Below, in pieces: positions 9,217-18,625 of a stretch of DNA of 52,202 bases. Below the pieces are notes generated by a model. It was not told the DNA's origin and made no database searches. It was given only the letters and a program-made list of their open reading frames with translations. Source of the stretch: a virus; the IMG/VR virus record IMGVR_UViG_3300000154_000010. One strand, written 5' to 3'. Made by a program: the position numbers and the translations under genes. Each line of letters begins with the position of its first letter. The stretch's first letter is position 1.

Positions 9217-10794
9217 TTATTTTATTAACCATGTTAAATTTTCTTTTTCTCCAGCAACTTCCATTTCCCAAGAATCATTTCTATTATCCATTGGTTGGTA
9301 AACTGCTTCGTAATCTAATGTTCTACTTAATACATCTTTCTGTAATGCTATTCCTTCTGATTTTAATCTTAATGCTGTATCTCTAACCCACATACCTATT
9401 GCAAGACTGATTGAAAGATCATCATTATATCCTTCCATTGCCTGTGCCTTAAAATTGTGGTAAATAAATACAAACAATTCTTCTATCAATCTAGATGAAT
9501 GAACTATTACAGTTTTTTCTCTAAAATACTCTTCTAATTTTGCTATTACTAATGGTCGTGTTTTCATGGTCATACTGAAACCCGGGACCATCTTTTGATC
9601 CATATTTCTATATTTATTTGATATTTGACGCTGAACATCCACGTAGTGTAAATCCTTACTCGTATAAAACAAATTATCATAATCTCTGTCTATAACTTGC
9701 TGTATTGCTGCCCAACCTATTGATGCATTTTCAATAACGAGTAACGCGTTGTTATATTCTACTGCAGTATTCATACATAAATTACCAAAATCTTTTGTGG
9801 ATATTTTTCCTTTATATTCCGCTACTTGTTCCATTTTCTGTACATCTATTACGTGGAATGCTGAAAAGTCATTACCATCACCACGGGCAACGTCAGCACT
9901 CAATACATAATCTTGTGTGTAATCTGGTGGTCTCCATATCCATAAATTACTATCAAATCCCCTTTTTTCCATTGGTTCTTCAATGTGGGTATTTTTATAT
10001 TCTTCAAGTATAACACCATCAATTACAGTTTGACCAGATGTGATGAATGAGCAATCACATTCTTGTGCTGCCATTGAAGGACCTAATAGTTTATCTTGGT
10101 CATCTCTCCAATCTTGTTCCCTATCTGGGTGTACTGTCCAATGGAGTTTAATGAAATTCCAATCATTTTTCCCTTCTTCAGCTCCAGCCCATGTTTTATG
10201 AAACCAATTTCCTACTCCATTGGGTGTGCTTAATGCAATACATTGACCACCAGTAGATAAGGTACTTTGTGCCGCTGTCCATATTGCATCAATTTTTGGA
10301 ATAAATGAGGCTTCATCGAGTATCAATAATGATAATGCTTCTGATCTACCACTATCTTCACCACTGGAAATTGCCTTTACTTGTGAACCATTTGAATATT
10401 TTAAAGATAATTTATTATCCTCCGTACAACTGGATTTTACCCAATTTGGAAGATTAGCATGCATAACTCGTATTTTTGTTACGAGATTTTTTGCTGTATC
10501 CTGTTTGGTAGCAATAACCAATATATTCTTGTCTGTTTGAAAGGTCATCATCCATAATGAATAACCAGCTACGAGAGTGGATATTCCTAACTGACGAGCT
10601 TTGAGAATAATATTATAATTGTGCTTATTAAAATCTTCTAATGTTTTTTCTTGGAAATCATATAAGGAAAATGGAATTTTACCGTCTATTGGATGTTGAA
10701 TGACAGCATACTTTTTTAGAAAGTATATTGGGTCTTTAGCACACTTTATGTATTCGGCTTTTATTATTTCTTTTATGTTTTGGCTATTACTCAT
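9217..10794 (-). CDS. gp17: T4-like terminase large subunit
   Basis: IILKARQLGIST, LLILDEASFI (Walker B), STPNG, QECDCSF, nuclease motif ADVARGDGNDFSAF. Confidence 0.96.
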   Translation of the reverse strand: MSNSQNIKEIIKAEYIKCAKDPIYFLKKYAVIQHPIDGKIPFSLYDFQEKTLEDFNKHNYNIILKARQLGISTLVAGYSLWMMTFQTDKNILVIATKQDTAKNLVTKIRVMHANLPNWVKSSCTEDNKLSLKYSNGSQVKAISSGEDSGRSEALSLLILDEASFIPKIDAIWTAAQSTLSTGGQCIALSTPNGVGNWFHKTWAGAEEGKNDWNFIKLHWTVHPDREQDWRDDQDKLLGPSMAAQECDCSFITSGQTVIDGVILEEYKNTHIEEPMEKRGFDSNLWIWRPPDYTQDYVLSADVARGDGNDFSAFHVIDVQKMEQVAEYKGKISTKDFGNLCMNTAVEYNNALLVIENASIGWAAIQQVIDRDYDNLFYTSKDLHYVDVQRQISNKYRNMDQKMVPGFSMTMKTRPLVIAKLEEYFREKTVIVHSSRLIEELFVFIYHNFKAQAMEGYNDDLSISLAIGMWVRDTALRLKSEGIALQKDVLSRTLDYEAVYQPMDNRNDSWEMEVAGEKENLTWLIK

Positions 10795-11169
10795 TTACTT
10801 TGCTACTTCCACAATTTTTATTCCAAAATACGTAGGTATAATTATAGATGCTGCTCCGTATGTGAAATATAGCCATTTATTTTCATACCACGAAGGCTTG
10901 GAAAGTTTCACTTGTTTTTCCAATAAATCATTACGTTCTTCTAATAATCCAATCTGTTCATCTTTCTTTAATAATAAAGTAGAATCGGTTTTAGCCTGTT
11001 CATTATAACCAACCAGTAATTCTTCGTATATTCCAAGTTGCACAGATTTAGTGCTATCAGAATACTGAAGTTCTTTTATTTGATTTGCTATAGCCACTAC
11101 CTGTTCGTCTGTAAAAGTCTGTTGCCCGAACAGAACAGTGGATAATAATACTATCCAAATATATTTCAT
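10795..11169 (-). CDS. Exported/membrane coiled-coil protein (possible lysis accessory)
   Basis: Signal-like MKYIWIVLLSTVLFG-QQ, coiled coil, C-terminal hydrophobic segment. Confidence 0.55.
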   Translation of the reverse strand: MKYIWIVLLSTVLFGQQTFTDEQVVAIANQIKELQYSDSTKSVQLGIYEELLVGYNEQAKTDSTLLLKKDEQIGLLEERNDLLEKQVKLSKPSWYENKWLYFTYGAASIIIPTYFGIKIVEVAK

Positions 11170-11170
11170 A

Positions 11171-11449
11171 TTATCTATGTAATACGTAGACTACACCGGT
11201 TTCACCAATTACTACTTTGTTTACTCCAATTGGATATAGTGTTTTCGTGTTTAATACTGTCGATGGTAGTGTTCCACCACCTGATCCGTGAACAACCACG
11301 TTTGTAGTATTTTCAACTATAAATGCAGCTCCAGCGTTTGATCCAGTGAATTCTACTGTTGTACTCGATAGTACTTTTGTTATACCATTGTAATCACCAA
11401 GCTTTTGGTCTGTTGGTAATGATCTGAACATTGTCCCTGCATCTGCCAT
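11171..11449 (-). CDS. Small beta-rich hypothetical protein (possible capsid decoration)
   Basis: G/T/V-rich 92 aa with GGAG RBS; function is a guess from composition. Confidence 0.5.
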   Translation of the reverse strand: MADAGTMFRSLPTDQKLGDYNGITKVLSSTTVEFTGSNAGAAFIVENTTNVVVHGSGGGTLPSTVLNTKTLYPIGVNKVVIGETGVVYVLHR

Positions 11450-11470
11450 TTAATTTCTCCTTATATATAA

Positions 11471-11785
11471 TTATTTACTTTTGGAAAATTTCCTTAAAAA
11501 TTCTGCTGCATCATCTGCGTCATCATTTTCAAAGGCTGTTTCCATTTTCTGGACATCTTTTTTAGTTTTAGTCAATTTCCGTTTTAATTTTGTTATTTCT
11601 TTCTTGTTTTTCTTCTTATTTTTCTGTAAAGTTTTTATTTCTTTTAGTACCACTTCTTCTTTTTTCTTGTTCTCTTTAATAACCCTCTTCAACTCTTTGG
11701 CTTCTTTTGATTTTTTTGCACTCAGTAATGTGCTCAACCCGAAAAGTCCTAAAATCGCAATAATTAACTTCTTTAACCATTCCAT
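11471..11785 (-). CDS. N-anchored Lys-rich coiled-coil membrane protein (inner-spanin-like topology)
   Basis: LIIAILGLFGLSTLL, then a K-rich heptad stretch. Confidence 0.55.
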   Translation of the reverse strand: MEWLKKLIIAILGLFGLSTLLSAKKSKEAKELKRVIKENKKKEEVVLKEIKTLQKNKKKNKKEITKLKRKLTKTKKDVQKMETAFENDDADDAAEFLRKFSKSK

Positions 11786-12093
11786 TATTCCATCTCCATT
11801 ATTTTTTTATAAGTAGACTTACCTTCTAACTTCTTAGTTTTTGACGGTTCATCAAATTCACTATCCATTGGTTCTTTATATTTACCATATCCTTCACTAT
11901 CACGTTTTATGTCCTCAGTAAAACCTTTGTCGAAAATATTTACAGTTTTAAAAAGTCTAAATTTAAGTGCTGGGCGATCATTTATCAATAAATCCCCCTT
12001 TTCATTCCATTTAATAGATTTAATTACTACTGGCTTATTCTTAAATTTACCCATTTTTACAGTGTCGCCTTTTTTAATCGGTAATTCAATCAT
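11785..12093 (-). CDS. Hypothetical protein (GKFKN family); apparent target gene of the adjacent homing endonuclease
   Basis: MIELPIKKGDTVKMGKFKNK resembles the stub at 12884-12967. Confidence 0.8.
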   Translation of the reverse strand: MIELPIKKGDTVKMGKFKNKPVVIKSIKWNEKGDLLINDRPALKFRLFKTVNIFDKGFTEDIKRDSEGYGKYKEPMDSEFDEPSKTKKLEGKSTYKKIMEME

Positions 12094-12206
12094 TTTTTGC
12101 TCCTACAATTATTGAAATGATATCGTTTCATATTAGTTACTCCTCCAGTTTTATCACAGTTAGGACAAGTATCTATTTTTTGTTTATGTATCCGTCCTAC
12201 AATTTT
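12090..12206 (-). pseudogene. Out-of-frame second copy of the endonuclease C-terminal Cys module
   Basis: Shifted frame reads KIVGRIHKQKIDTCPNCDKTGGVTNMKRYHFNNCRSKK*, paralogous to SRVECPSCGVVGGINLMHRYHFENCR; its TGA overlaps the ATG at 12093. Confidence 0.8.
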
Positions 12207-12882
12207 CAAAATGATATCGATGCATCAAATTTATTCCACCAACTACACCACATGATGGGCATTCAACTCTTGAAAATTTCATACCTGTTCTGCCAATGCT
12301 CATATTTCGACATCGTTCTTTAGATAATGGTATGCCCATTAACGCATCACTAATACTTTTACGATGAGATTCTGTTAATTTTTTTTCAGTAAGACCTTTG
12401 CTAATATTATTACAATGTTCTTCAGATTTAGTTACTCCAAACATTGTCTTACTAATATTTTTACGATGTTCATCAGATAAATTTCTACCCAGCAAGCCTT
12501 TACTAATATTCATAGAATGTTCTTTAGAACGAATTCTTCCTTTTAATGATTTGCCTTTTTTCTTATTTGATTCTTCCGAAAAAATATGATTAAATCCACC
12601 AGTAGTCATATTATATCCGGTTCCCTCATCCATAAAAGTATTATATTCTTTAATATAATATGATTCCATTTTATTTAACTCATCCATAGAATTACACTCA
12701 CATATAATACCCCACTTAAAATTTTCTATGCCATATTTACGAAGTGCATTATGAAAATAAAAATTTGAATTTCCATTAAATGCGCTCTGGCAATGACCTT
12801 TTTTTCTATCTTCCAATGTCTTAATCGTCTGACCAATATAAGATTTATCATTTATTTCATTGTGTGCTCGATAAATAATCAT
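12184..12882 (-). CDS. GIY-YIG homing endonuclease with NUMOD3-like repeats
   Basis: MIIY..NDKSYIGQT, ALRKYG, E..YIKEYNT..GYN; repeated (L/H)SEEH(R/C).NISK.L.G units; C-terminal CPSC..HFENC. Confidence 0.9.
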   Translation of the reverse strand: MIIYRAHNEINDKSYIGQTIKTLEDRKKGHCQSAFNGNSNFYFHNALRKYGIENFKWGIICECNSMDELNKMESYYIKEYNTFMDEGTGYNMTTGGFNHIFSEESNKKKGKSLKGRIRSKEHSMNISKGLLGRNLSDEHRKNISKTMFGVTKSEEHCNNISKGLTEKKLTESHRKSISDALMGIPLSKERCRNMSIGRTGMKFSRVECPSCGVVGGINLMHRYHFENCRTDT

Positions 12883-12883
12883 T

Positions 12884-12967
12884 TTAATTTCTCCAGCTTA
12901 TCATGAGATTTTTGAACTTCCCCGTTTTGATCACATCTCCCACGGAAACATCTATTGTAATTGCCAT
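12884..12967 (-). pseudogene. Orphaned 5' stub of the GKFKN-family gene
   Basis: TAATG-coupled ORF MAITIDVSVGDVIKTGKFKNLMISWRN*; similarity to 11785-12093 ends abruptly after GKFKN. Confidence 0.75.
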
Positions 12968-13647
12968 TATTTTTTCCCCTTTGGTAATAAATCAACTAAT
13001 TTATTTCCTTTCCATTCTCTACTATCTACTCTACCACCTATTCTATGGTCTACCCATTTTCCCCATAATTTTTCATTTTTAGCAAATATAGACTGACCAC
13101 CTTTTTGAACTTGTCTATATCCACTTGCACTTCCCATTTCCTTAGAACCCGGTTCTGGTGTTGGATCGATTCCACCACTTTTAGTTCCCTCTGGAGGTGT
13201 AGTTGGTTTAATCAAAGTTTCCGACGTTGAATGGAAGTTTGAGGTTTCTGGTGGAATTGTATATTCTTGTTTTCTATGAAATCCGTGGATTCCATACATT
13301 CTCTGTTTTGGTGCTAATGGTGGAGTGTCGTCTCGTAATTCATTTGCCATTATTGATGCGTATTCTTCTGGACCACTTAAATAACGATATACCATTGCTT
13401 TATCTCGTTCTGCCCGTTTTAAATTATTTAGACTTCCGTTACCACCGTAAATATTGTCCGATGCTGGAAAATCAATTTGTGTCATACCACGAGTTAAACT
13501 TGCAGGTCCCACTACTCGTCTCTCTCCACGTTTAGTGTAAAGACCGTCTGGCCATCCATCTCCAATTTCACCTAAACCTGTACCATGTCCACCAGCTGAT
13601 GACCCTTCATTTATAAGTTTTAACATTTTCGTTTCAAATTTATTCAT
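12967..13647 (-). CDS. Hypothetical Gly/Pro-rich protein with LKLINE leader-like start
   Basis: ORF track; MNKFETKMLKLINE-GSS. Confidence 0.75.
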   Translation of the reverse strand: MNKFETKMLKLINEGSSAGGHGTGLGEIGDGWPDGLYTKRGERRVVGPASLTRGMTQIDFPASDNIYGGNGSLNNLKRAERDKAMVYRYLSGPEEYASIMANELRDDTPPLAPKQRMYGIHGFHRKQEYTIPPETSNFHSTSETLIKPTTPPEGTKSGGIDPTPEPGSKEMGSASGYRQVQKGGQSIFAKNEKLWGKWVDHRIGGRVDSREWKGNKLVDLLPKGKK

Positions 13648-14217
13648 TCAATCTTCCAATAAGTTAGTCTTCCACCATTCAGGTGATAAATTCTCTACAT
13701 GAAGTCGCGGTCTACCTCCACTAAATTTTGGTGATTTCTTTGCGGGGTCTGATGTATTACGTATGTTATCTTCTATACGACCTTCAGCGTCAATTCCAGA
13801 TGCTACAGGTGGACCAGCAAATAATACATTCTTATCATCTACTCCCAACCATTTAATTACACTCCAACCTAAATTTTCTATCACATCACGTAATCTGTTT
13901 TTATATTTTTTCTTAGCTCCGTATGAAATTGCTGGAACTTCTCTGTAGTCCATAGTATAATCTTCTTCTGGATCCATTGCACCGTCACTTAAAATATATC
14001 CAATTACCTTATATCCTAAATCATTCTGTAATTGCTTAACCCAGTCTTTGGTTTCTTGTTTATATTGATCCAATGATTTGTAAAATGTTCCTGGACCGTC
14101 ATCTACTGGTGCTTTTCTGGTACCTGCACCTTCTTTTATGATAGAAATTATATCATTTTCTACTATAAAATCTCCTATTTTATCACCACTAAACTCATTT
14201 AAAATCTTTTTATGCAA
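13648..14217 (-). CDS. Hypothetical protein with KKILNE leader-like start
   Basis: TTG start with GGAG RBS. Confidence 0.75.
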   Translation of the reverse strand: MHKKILNEFSGDKIGDFIVENDIISIIKEGAGTRKAPVDDGPGTFYKSLDQYKQETKDWVKQLQNDLGYKVIGYILSDGAMDPEEDYTMDYREVPAISYGAKKKYKNRLRDVIENLGWSVIKWLGVDDKNVLFAGPPVASGIDAEGRIEDNIRNTSDPAKKSPKFSGGRPRLHVENLSPEWWKTNLLED

Positions 14218-14246
14218 TAATCTTCTCCAAGATATACTTTATCACT

Positions 14247-14254
14247 TATAAATA
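14247..14254 (-). promoter_or_regulatory. Putative late-promoter motif TATTTATA
   Basis: In the 14218-14263 gap, upstream of a GGAG RBS. Confidence 0.5.
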
Positions 14255-14263
14255 TCAATTTAC

Positions 14264-14821
14264 TTAACTATTAGACAATTCTTCCTCAACTTCTATTTTC
14301 ATTTTGAGTAAATCTTTGAGTGCGTCATCTGCCATTTCTTTTACTTTCTCGTCACTTTGAGTCCATTTCTCTTTCTCTATTTCTACTGACTGGACTCCAA
14401 CTTGATTGTAAAATTCGGGTGTGGTCTGTGTTTTCCAATCTTCTACACTTTCTATTTGTTCGTTTAACCATGAAAGTTTATTTTTCAACACTTTTTGATT
14501 TTCCCAATCTTCAAATGTTCCATCTACCCGAAGTTTATTCTCAAATTTTACTTGACAATCAAAACATTGATTGTATAATCTATACATCTTATCATCAAGT
14601 TTCAATTTCATTATTTTATCACACTTTGGACAAAACCATGGCATCTTTGCTTCTTGTAATACCTCCATTCTTCCATTTATTCTGTCTCTTTCGTCTTGTA
14701 TCTCTTTTTTACGAGCTTTCTTTTCTTTTTTATCTTCCGTGACCACCATTATTCTTTTATTTGGCGTTTCATTTCGTAAAATGGATTCTCTTGCCTCTAC
14801 GTGTCTTTGATGTTCTCCCAT
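14264..14821 (-). CDS. Hypothetical protein with two CxxC pairs
   Basis: WFCPKC...QCFDC. Confidence 0.75.
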   Translation of the reverse strand: MGEHQRHVEARESILRNETPNKRIMVVTEDKKEKKARKKEIQDERDRINGRMEVLQEAKMPWFCPKCDKIMKLKLDDKMYRLYNQCFDCQVKFENKLRVDGTFEDWENQKVLKNKLSWLNEQIESVEDWKTQTTPEFYNQVGVQSVEIEKEKWTQSDEKVKEMADDALKDLLKMKIEVEEELSNS

Positions 14822-14826
14822 AACCG

Positions 14827-15861
14827 TTACCTCAAATGTTTGTTTACTATTTTAACTGCCTCTAAAGCATGTTTTCGTGTTTGCTTTATCATTTCAAATG
14901 ACTCTGGCGTTTCTGCTTTCTTAAATTTTGAATTCGATAATTGTTTCTTTGTTTGTTTTGCGTAATTACTTCTAACATTCTTTATGAATTCCTTTGAGTT
15001 TTTCATATTACTCAATCCACCTTTACCAAGAACTCCATTTTGTTCTAATGTCTTTGCCATTCCTATAATTCCAATACAGAAACTTTTTATGGATACATTT
15101 TCGGTATCTATTCCCTTATACTTAATAAGTAGTGGGTCAATCTTTATTTCTTTAATATTTATTTTTGGGTCGTTTAGTTTAACTAAAAAACGAGTTGCGT
15201 GATACATAAACTTACCAATATCTGTTGAAATTAACTTAAACTCTATTCCTTTTCTATTTCTTGACGTAACTAAAATGTTATTCTTGAATCTTCCCAAAAC
15301 CCCCTCTGTTCCAAATGACATTGTTACTGTATTTCCAAGAGCACTATATAAATTTCCAATAGTAAACCCCTTTAATCCATATTGTGGCTTATATCTTCCA
15401 CTCATCCAGTCTGTATATGGTTTGAATGTCAATATCAAATCAACTTGACTATAAACTTCCTCTCCCAAATTGAAAATTACTGAATTTCCTTTGGTGTGTA
15501 ATGTATCAGTAATCTCTACGTTTTTTGGAGCCTTTGTTTTTACATAAGTAAGAAAAGTTTCAAGATATTTTCGTCTTATTGCATTTTCCTTCTTTCTAAA
15601 ATCTTTTTGGTCTATAACTGAAATTGGTATTTCTACCAACATATCAATATCACCATATATTTTATCAACTTTATGTTTCAAATCATGCTTATAGTAACTT
15701 GTAGATCCAACTGGAGTTAATTTACCAAGTGGTTGTAGTCCACTCGTTTTCAAAAAAACATTAAAATTTTTAACAAACCTCTCAAACTCTTTTACTGACG
15801 CCTTCACTATCATTGGAGTTAATTTAGTTTTCTGGGTTTTTACTGTTTCCCATCCGCCCAT
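14827..15861 (-). CDS. Pol-beta-superfamily nucleotidyltransferase-like protein
   Basis: PVGST...YGDIDMLV...SQVDLI (GS-x-DxD plus third Asp). Confidence 0.7.
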   Translation of the reverse strand: MGGWETVKTQKTKLTPMIVKASVKEFERFVKNFNVFLKTSGLQPLGKLTPVGSTSYYKHDLKHKVDKIYGDIDMLVEIPISVIDQKDFRKKENAIRRKYLETFLTYVKTKAPKNVEITDTLHTKGNSVIFNLGEEVYSQVDLILTFKPYTDWMSGRYKPQYGLKGFTIGNLYSALGNTVTMSFGTEGVLGRFKNNILVTSRNRKGIEFKLISTDIGKFMYHATRFLVKLNDPKINIKEIKIDPLLIKYKGIDTENVSIKSFCIGIIGMAKTLEQNGVLGKGGLSNMKNSKEFIKNVRSNYAKQTKKQLSNSKFKKAETPESFEMIKQTRKHALEAVKIVNKHLR

Positions 15862-15864
15862 TTT

Positions 15865-16764
15865 TTATAACTCCTTTGGAATTGGGAATTTATATCTTGT
15901 TAGTGTAGTTTTGTATGCATCAAATATTTTCCTATTCAACTTTTTAAATAAAAAGTCCTTTGACTTCATCAACTTATATAATTTTTCAAATGAATCAATA
16001 TCTTTAAACGTGCGTTTTGATCCGAATAAAAATTTTGCTAACTTATCCATATCCCCAATTACTTTTCTTATTTTTAGTTTAACTCGTTTTCCCTTTTCGT
16101 TTGTGGTAAAATCAACTAACTCTACACCATTTTTCCAATTCATTTGAAATTTTCTCTTAACGTCAGGATCTTTTGTTTTTAATATCGTTTGAGAAAAAAT
16201 ATCTGCAATTAATAAATTACGATATACTGCTTTGTATTTACTTCTATAATCTGATGCAGAAAGTGCTTTTTTCATGAATTCTAAATCACCAATCATAACA
16301 TCAATCTGAACATATCCAGGATCACCTAAATCATTTCCATCTTTATCTACAGCGTTTAGTTGAGTACCACTTTTATCTACAAGTGGGGTGATGAAGTGAG
16401 CCTGTTTTAATCCCTTATTAATTTTATGATCCTTAATTTTAGTTCTACCTAAAAACTTATCTAACTCTCCCCAAAATTCAGTTGCTTCACCGTTAAACTT
16501 CATAATTTTAGCCATGACTGATACATCTACTGCAATATCAATATCCCCTAAAAATGGTTTTTTATAGTTTCCTATGATTGTGTATTTTAATTTTTTTAGA
16601 CCAGCATCTACGAGAGATTTTTTGATTGTAGCATCCAGATGTTCACTTGGGACTACTGAATTTACATCACTAAAAACATTACCACCTTCAAGTAATAAAC
16701 GTTTAAAATGTCTCTTTATTTCTTCTCGTATTAATTTTCTTACACTATTTTCCGTTATCATCAA
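15865..16764 (-). CDS. Pol-beta-superfamily nucleotidyltransferase-like protein with leader
   Basis: Leader VRKLIREEIK..LLLE-GGNVF; IIGN..GDIDIAV...VQIDVM. Confidence 0.7.
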   Translation of the reverse strand: MMITENSVRKLIREEIKRHFKRLLLEGGNVFSDVNSVVPSEHLDATIKKSLVDAGLKKLKYTIIGNYKKPFLGDIDIAVDVSVMAKIMKFNGEATEFWGELDKFLGRTKIKDHKINKGLKQAHFITPLVDKSGTQLNAVDKDGNDLGDPGYVQIDVMIGDLEFMKKALSASDYRSKYKAVYRNLLIADIFSQTILKTKDPDVKRKFQMNWKNGVELVDFTTNEKGKRVKLKIRKVIGDMDKLAKFLFGSKRTFKDIDSFEKLYKLMKSKDFLFKKLNRKIFDAYKTTLTRYKFPIPKEL

Positions 16765-16772
16765 TTCTCTCC

Positions 16773-18476
16773 CTAATCTACATTACGGTCTAAATACATT
16801 TGAGATACAACTTCTGGAGTATTTTTCTTTAATAAGTTTTTCATATTCTTAATTCTATTAATTGTCAATATTATACTTTTTCGTGTATCTTCACGTTTCT
16901 TTGGAATGGTTACTAATTCATCACCATCACTTTTAAATTCAGCGGCTATTGATTTAACACTTGCTTCAAGTTTAACCAAATAACCTTCAAGTCCAGTTGG
17001 GTCTACCTTAATGCGTTTAACCAACTCTTTTTCTGCGTTCTGTAAATCATTCATGTATTTCCAATTGCGTTCTTTACGAGCAGTAAACTGATTTTTATCT
17101 ACTATCTTGACCACATTTCCATCAGGAACATATAATACAAGTCCTTCATCTTCTTCACCAAATGCACGTTGAAAATCTACTTTCAATACTTTACCTTTCA
17201 TCTTTTTACCAATCAAATTTGCTATTCTCTGTATTTGATATTTGATTTTTTTATGGTGTGGTTTTCTTGCTGGGGTATTTAATAAATTTCCATATTTTTC
17301 AATCATCTTACTTAACAAAATTTCATAACTTTCTTCAAAATGAACTTGTTTTAAATTTACTTTTGGATTTGAAAAGAATTTAATGGTAGTTTTCTTATTT
17401 GCTTCTTTAGCAAATACATCGTGAAATGCTATTGGAGTTTCTACACCATCAACTATTATTTTAAATAATACTACTATACCATCACCAATTTTTTCTGGAT
17501 CATATAATACTATATTGTAATCCCATGATGGTATTGCCTCACATTCAATAGATATGTTTTTAGTATTACCTTCAATGCCAAATTTCTTTGCATATTTATC
17601 TACTATTTTCTTATATGGAATTTTCTTTAATAATTTATGATACTTTACGAAATCTTCATAAAAATATAATGAAGGATAATCTTTTTCGTGTTTAACAGTT
17701 TTAGTTTTTGATCCTGAATAAAACCCTCCACCCCTTATTCCAAATTGGAAAAAGTGACCATCTACCTTTTCATTAACTTCAAATTTTGTATTGTCGGCAT
17801 TCCACAGTTTTAAGAAGTTTAATAAATCCTTTGGTTTCATATCCTCTATATGTTTAATACCTTCTGTTAAAACTCCCTCTGTGATACCAAATTTCGTCTT
17901 AAAGATACCATATACGGACTTATTAACTTTACCGTATAGAGTTTTAAATGCATCCTTTGGATTATCACCTTTGAATGCATTTCTAACAACAGTTCCACTA
18001 ATAGTTTTTCCATCAATTTTCATTTGAAGTTGTGGGACAGTAATTACATATCCTTTTGTTTCAAAACTTTCCATATCTTTACCTGTATATGGGTTATAAT
18101 ACTTTCCACTTAATCTACCAGCATCCTTTTCACCGAGACCAACTACCAACGCAGTAGTTTTCTCATCAAACTTAGACTTTATCTCTACAGTATTATATGG
18201 ATTTTTAACTTGAATGATGTTAGATTTTGGAACTTTAAACATTTTAGATATTATAGCTTCTTTTTCCTTAAAATCAAATGGTGATTTACCATCAGTTTTA
18301 TTTGAAGTTCCTATAAATACATTTTTCTTACCGAATTTTTTAACTAAGAATTCGTATGCGTGATGATGTCCTTTATGATATGGTTGGAATCTACCGGAGT
18401 ATACTGCTATGGTTTTTTTTATTTCACCAGTATCTTCCAATAATTCTTGTATTAACTGTGTTGCTAATTTACTCAT
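16773..18476 (-). CDS. HIGH-motif cytidylyl/nucleotidyltransferase fused to a putative KxDG ligase-fold domain
   Basis: YSGRFQPYHKGH at the N-terminus; after a GVLTE linker, VNEKVDG (motif I), ECEAI, EGLVL, VKIVDK. Confidence 0.7.
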   Translation of the reverse strand: MSKLATQLIQELLEDTGEIKKTIAVYSGRFQPYHKGHHHAYEFLVKKFGKKNVFIGTSNKTDGKSPFDFKEKEAIISKMFKVPKSNIIQVKNPYNTVEIKSKFDEKTTALVVGLGEKDAGRLSGKYYNPYTGKDMESFETKGYVITVPQLQMKIDGKTISGTVVRNAFKGDNPKDAFKTLYGKVNKSVYGIFKTKFGITEGVLTEGIKHIEDMKPKDLLNFLKLWNADNTKFEVNEKVDGHFFQFGIRGGGFYSGSKTKTVKHEKDYPSLYFYEDFVKYHKLLKKIPYKKIVDKYAKKFGIEGNTKNISIECEAIPSWDYNIVLYDPEKIGDGIVVLFKIIVDGVETPIAFHDVFAKEANKKTTIKFFSNPKVNLKQVHFEESYEILLSKMIEKYGNLLNTPARKPHHKKIKYQIQRIANLIGKKMKGKVLKVDFQRAFGEEDEGLVLYVPDGNVVKIVDKNQFTARKERNWKYMNDLQNAEKELVKRIKVDPTGLEGYLVKLEASVKSIAAEFKSDGDELVTIPKKREDTRKSIILTINRIKNMKNLLKKNTPEVVSQMYLDRNVD

Positions 18477-18625
18477 CTTCGTCCACCTTTATCAAAGTCC
18501 TTTGAAAACTTCTGTAATTTACCAAATGCTCTAAACTTTTTCATTTTCTCTTGTTTACTCCATTTCATTTTATCAAATACTTTCATTCTCTCCGTTAGTG
18601 GAAGTAGTGATGACAATTTAATCAT
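18473..18625 (-). CDS. Small basic protein (50 aa) with MIKLSSLLPLTE leader
   Basis: Manual translation; below the ORF-track cutoff; ATGA overlap with the next gene. Confidence 0.75.
   Translation of the reverse strand: MIKLSSLLPLTERMKVFDKMKWSKQEKMKKFRAFGKLQKFSKDFDKGGRR

Noticed and set aside
6564-10794. Inteins or introns in portal and terminase
   Set aside because: Both read continuously at expected lengths with no Hint motifs seen.
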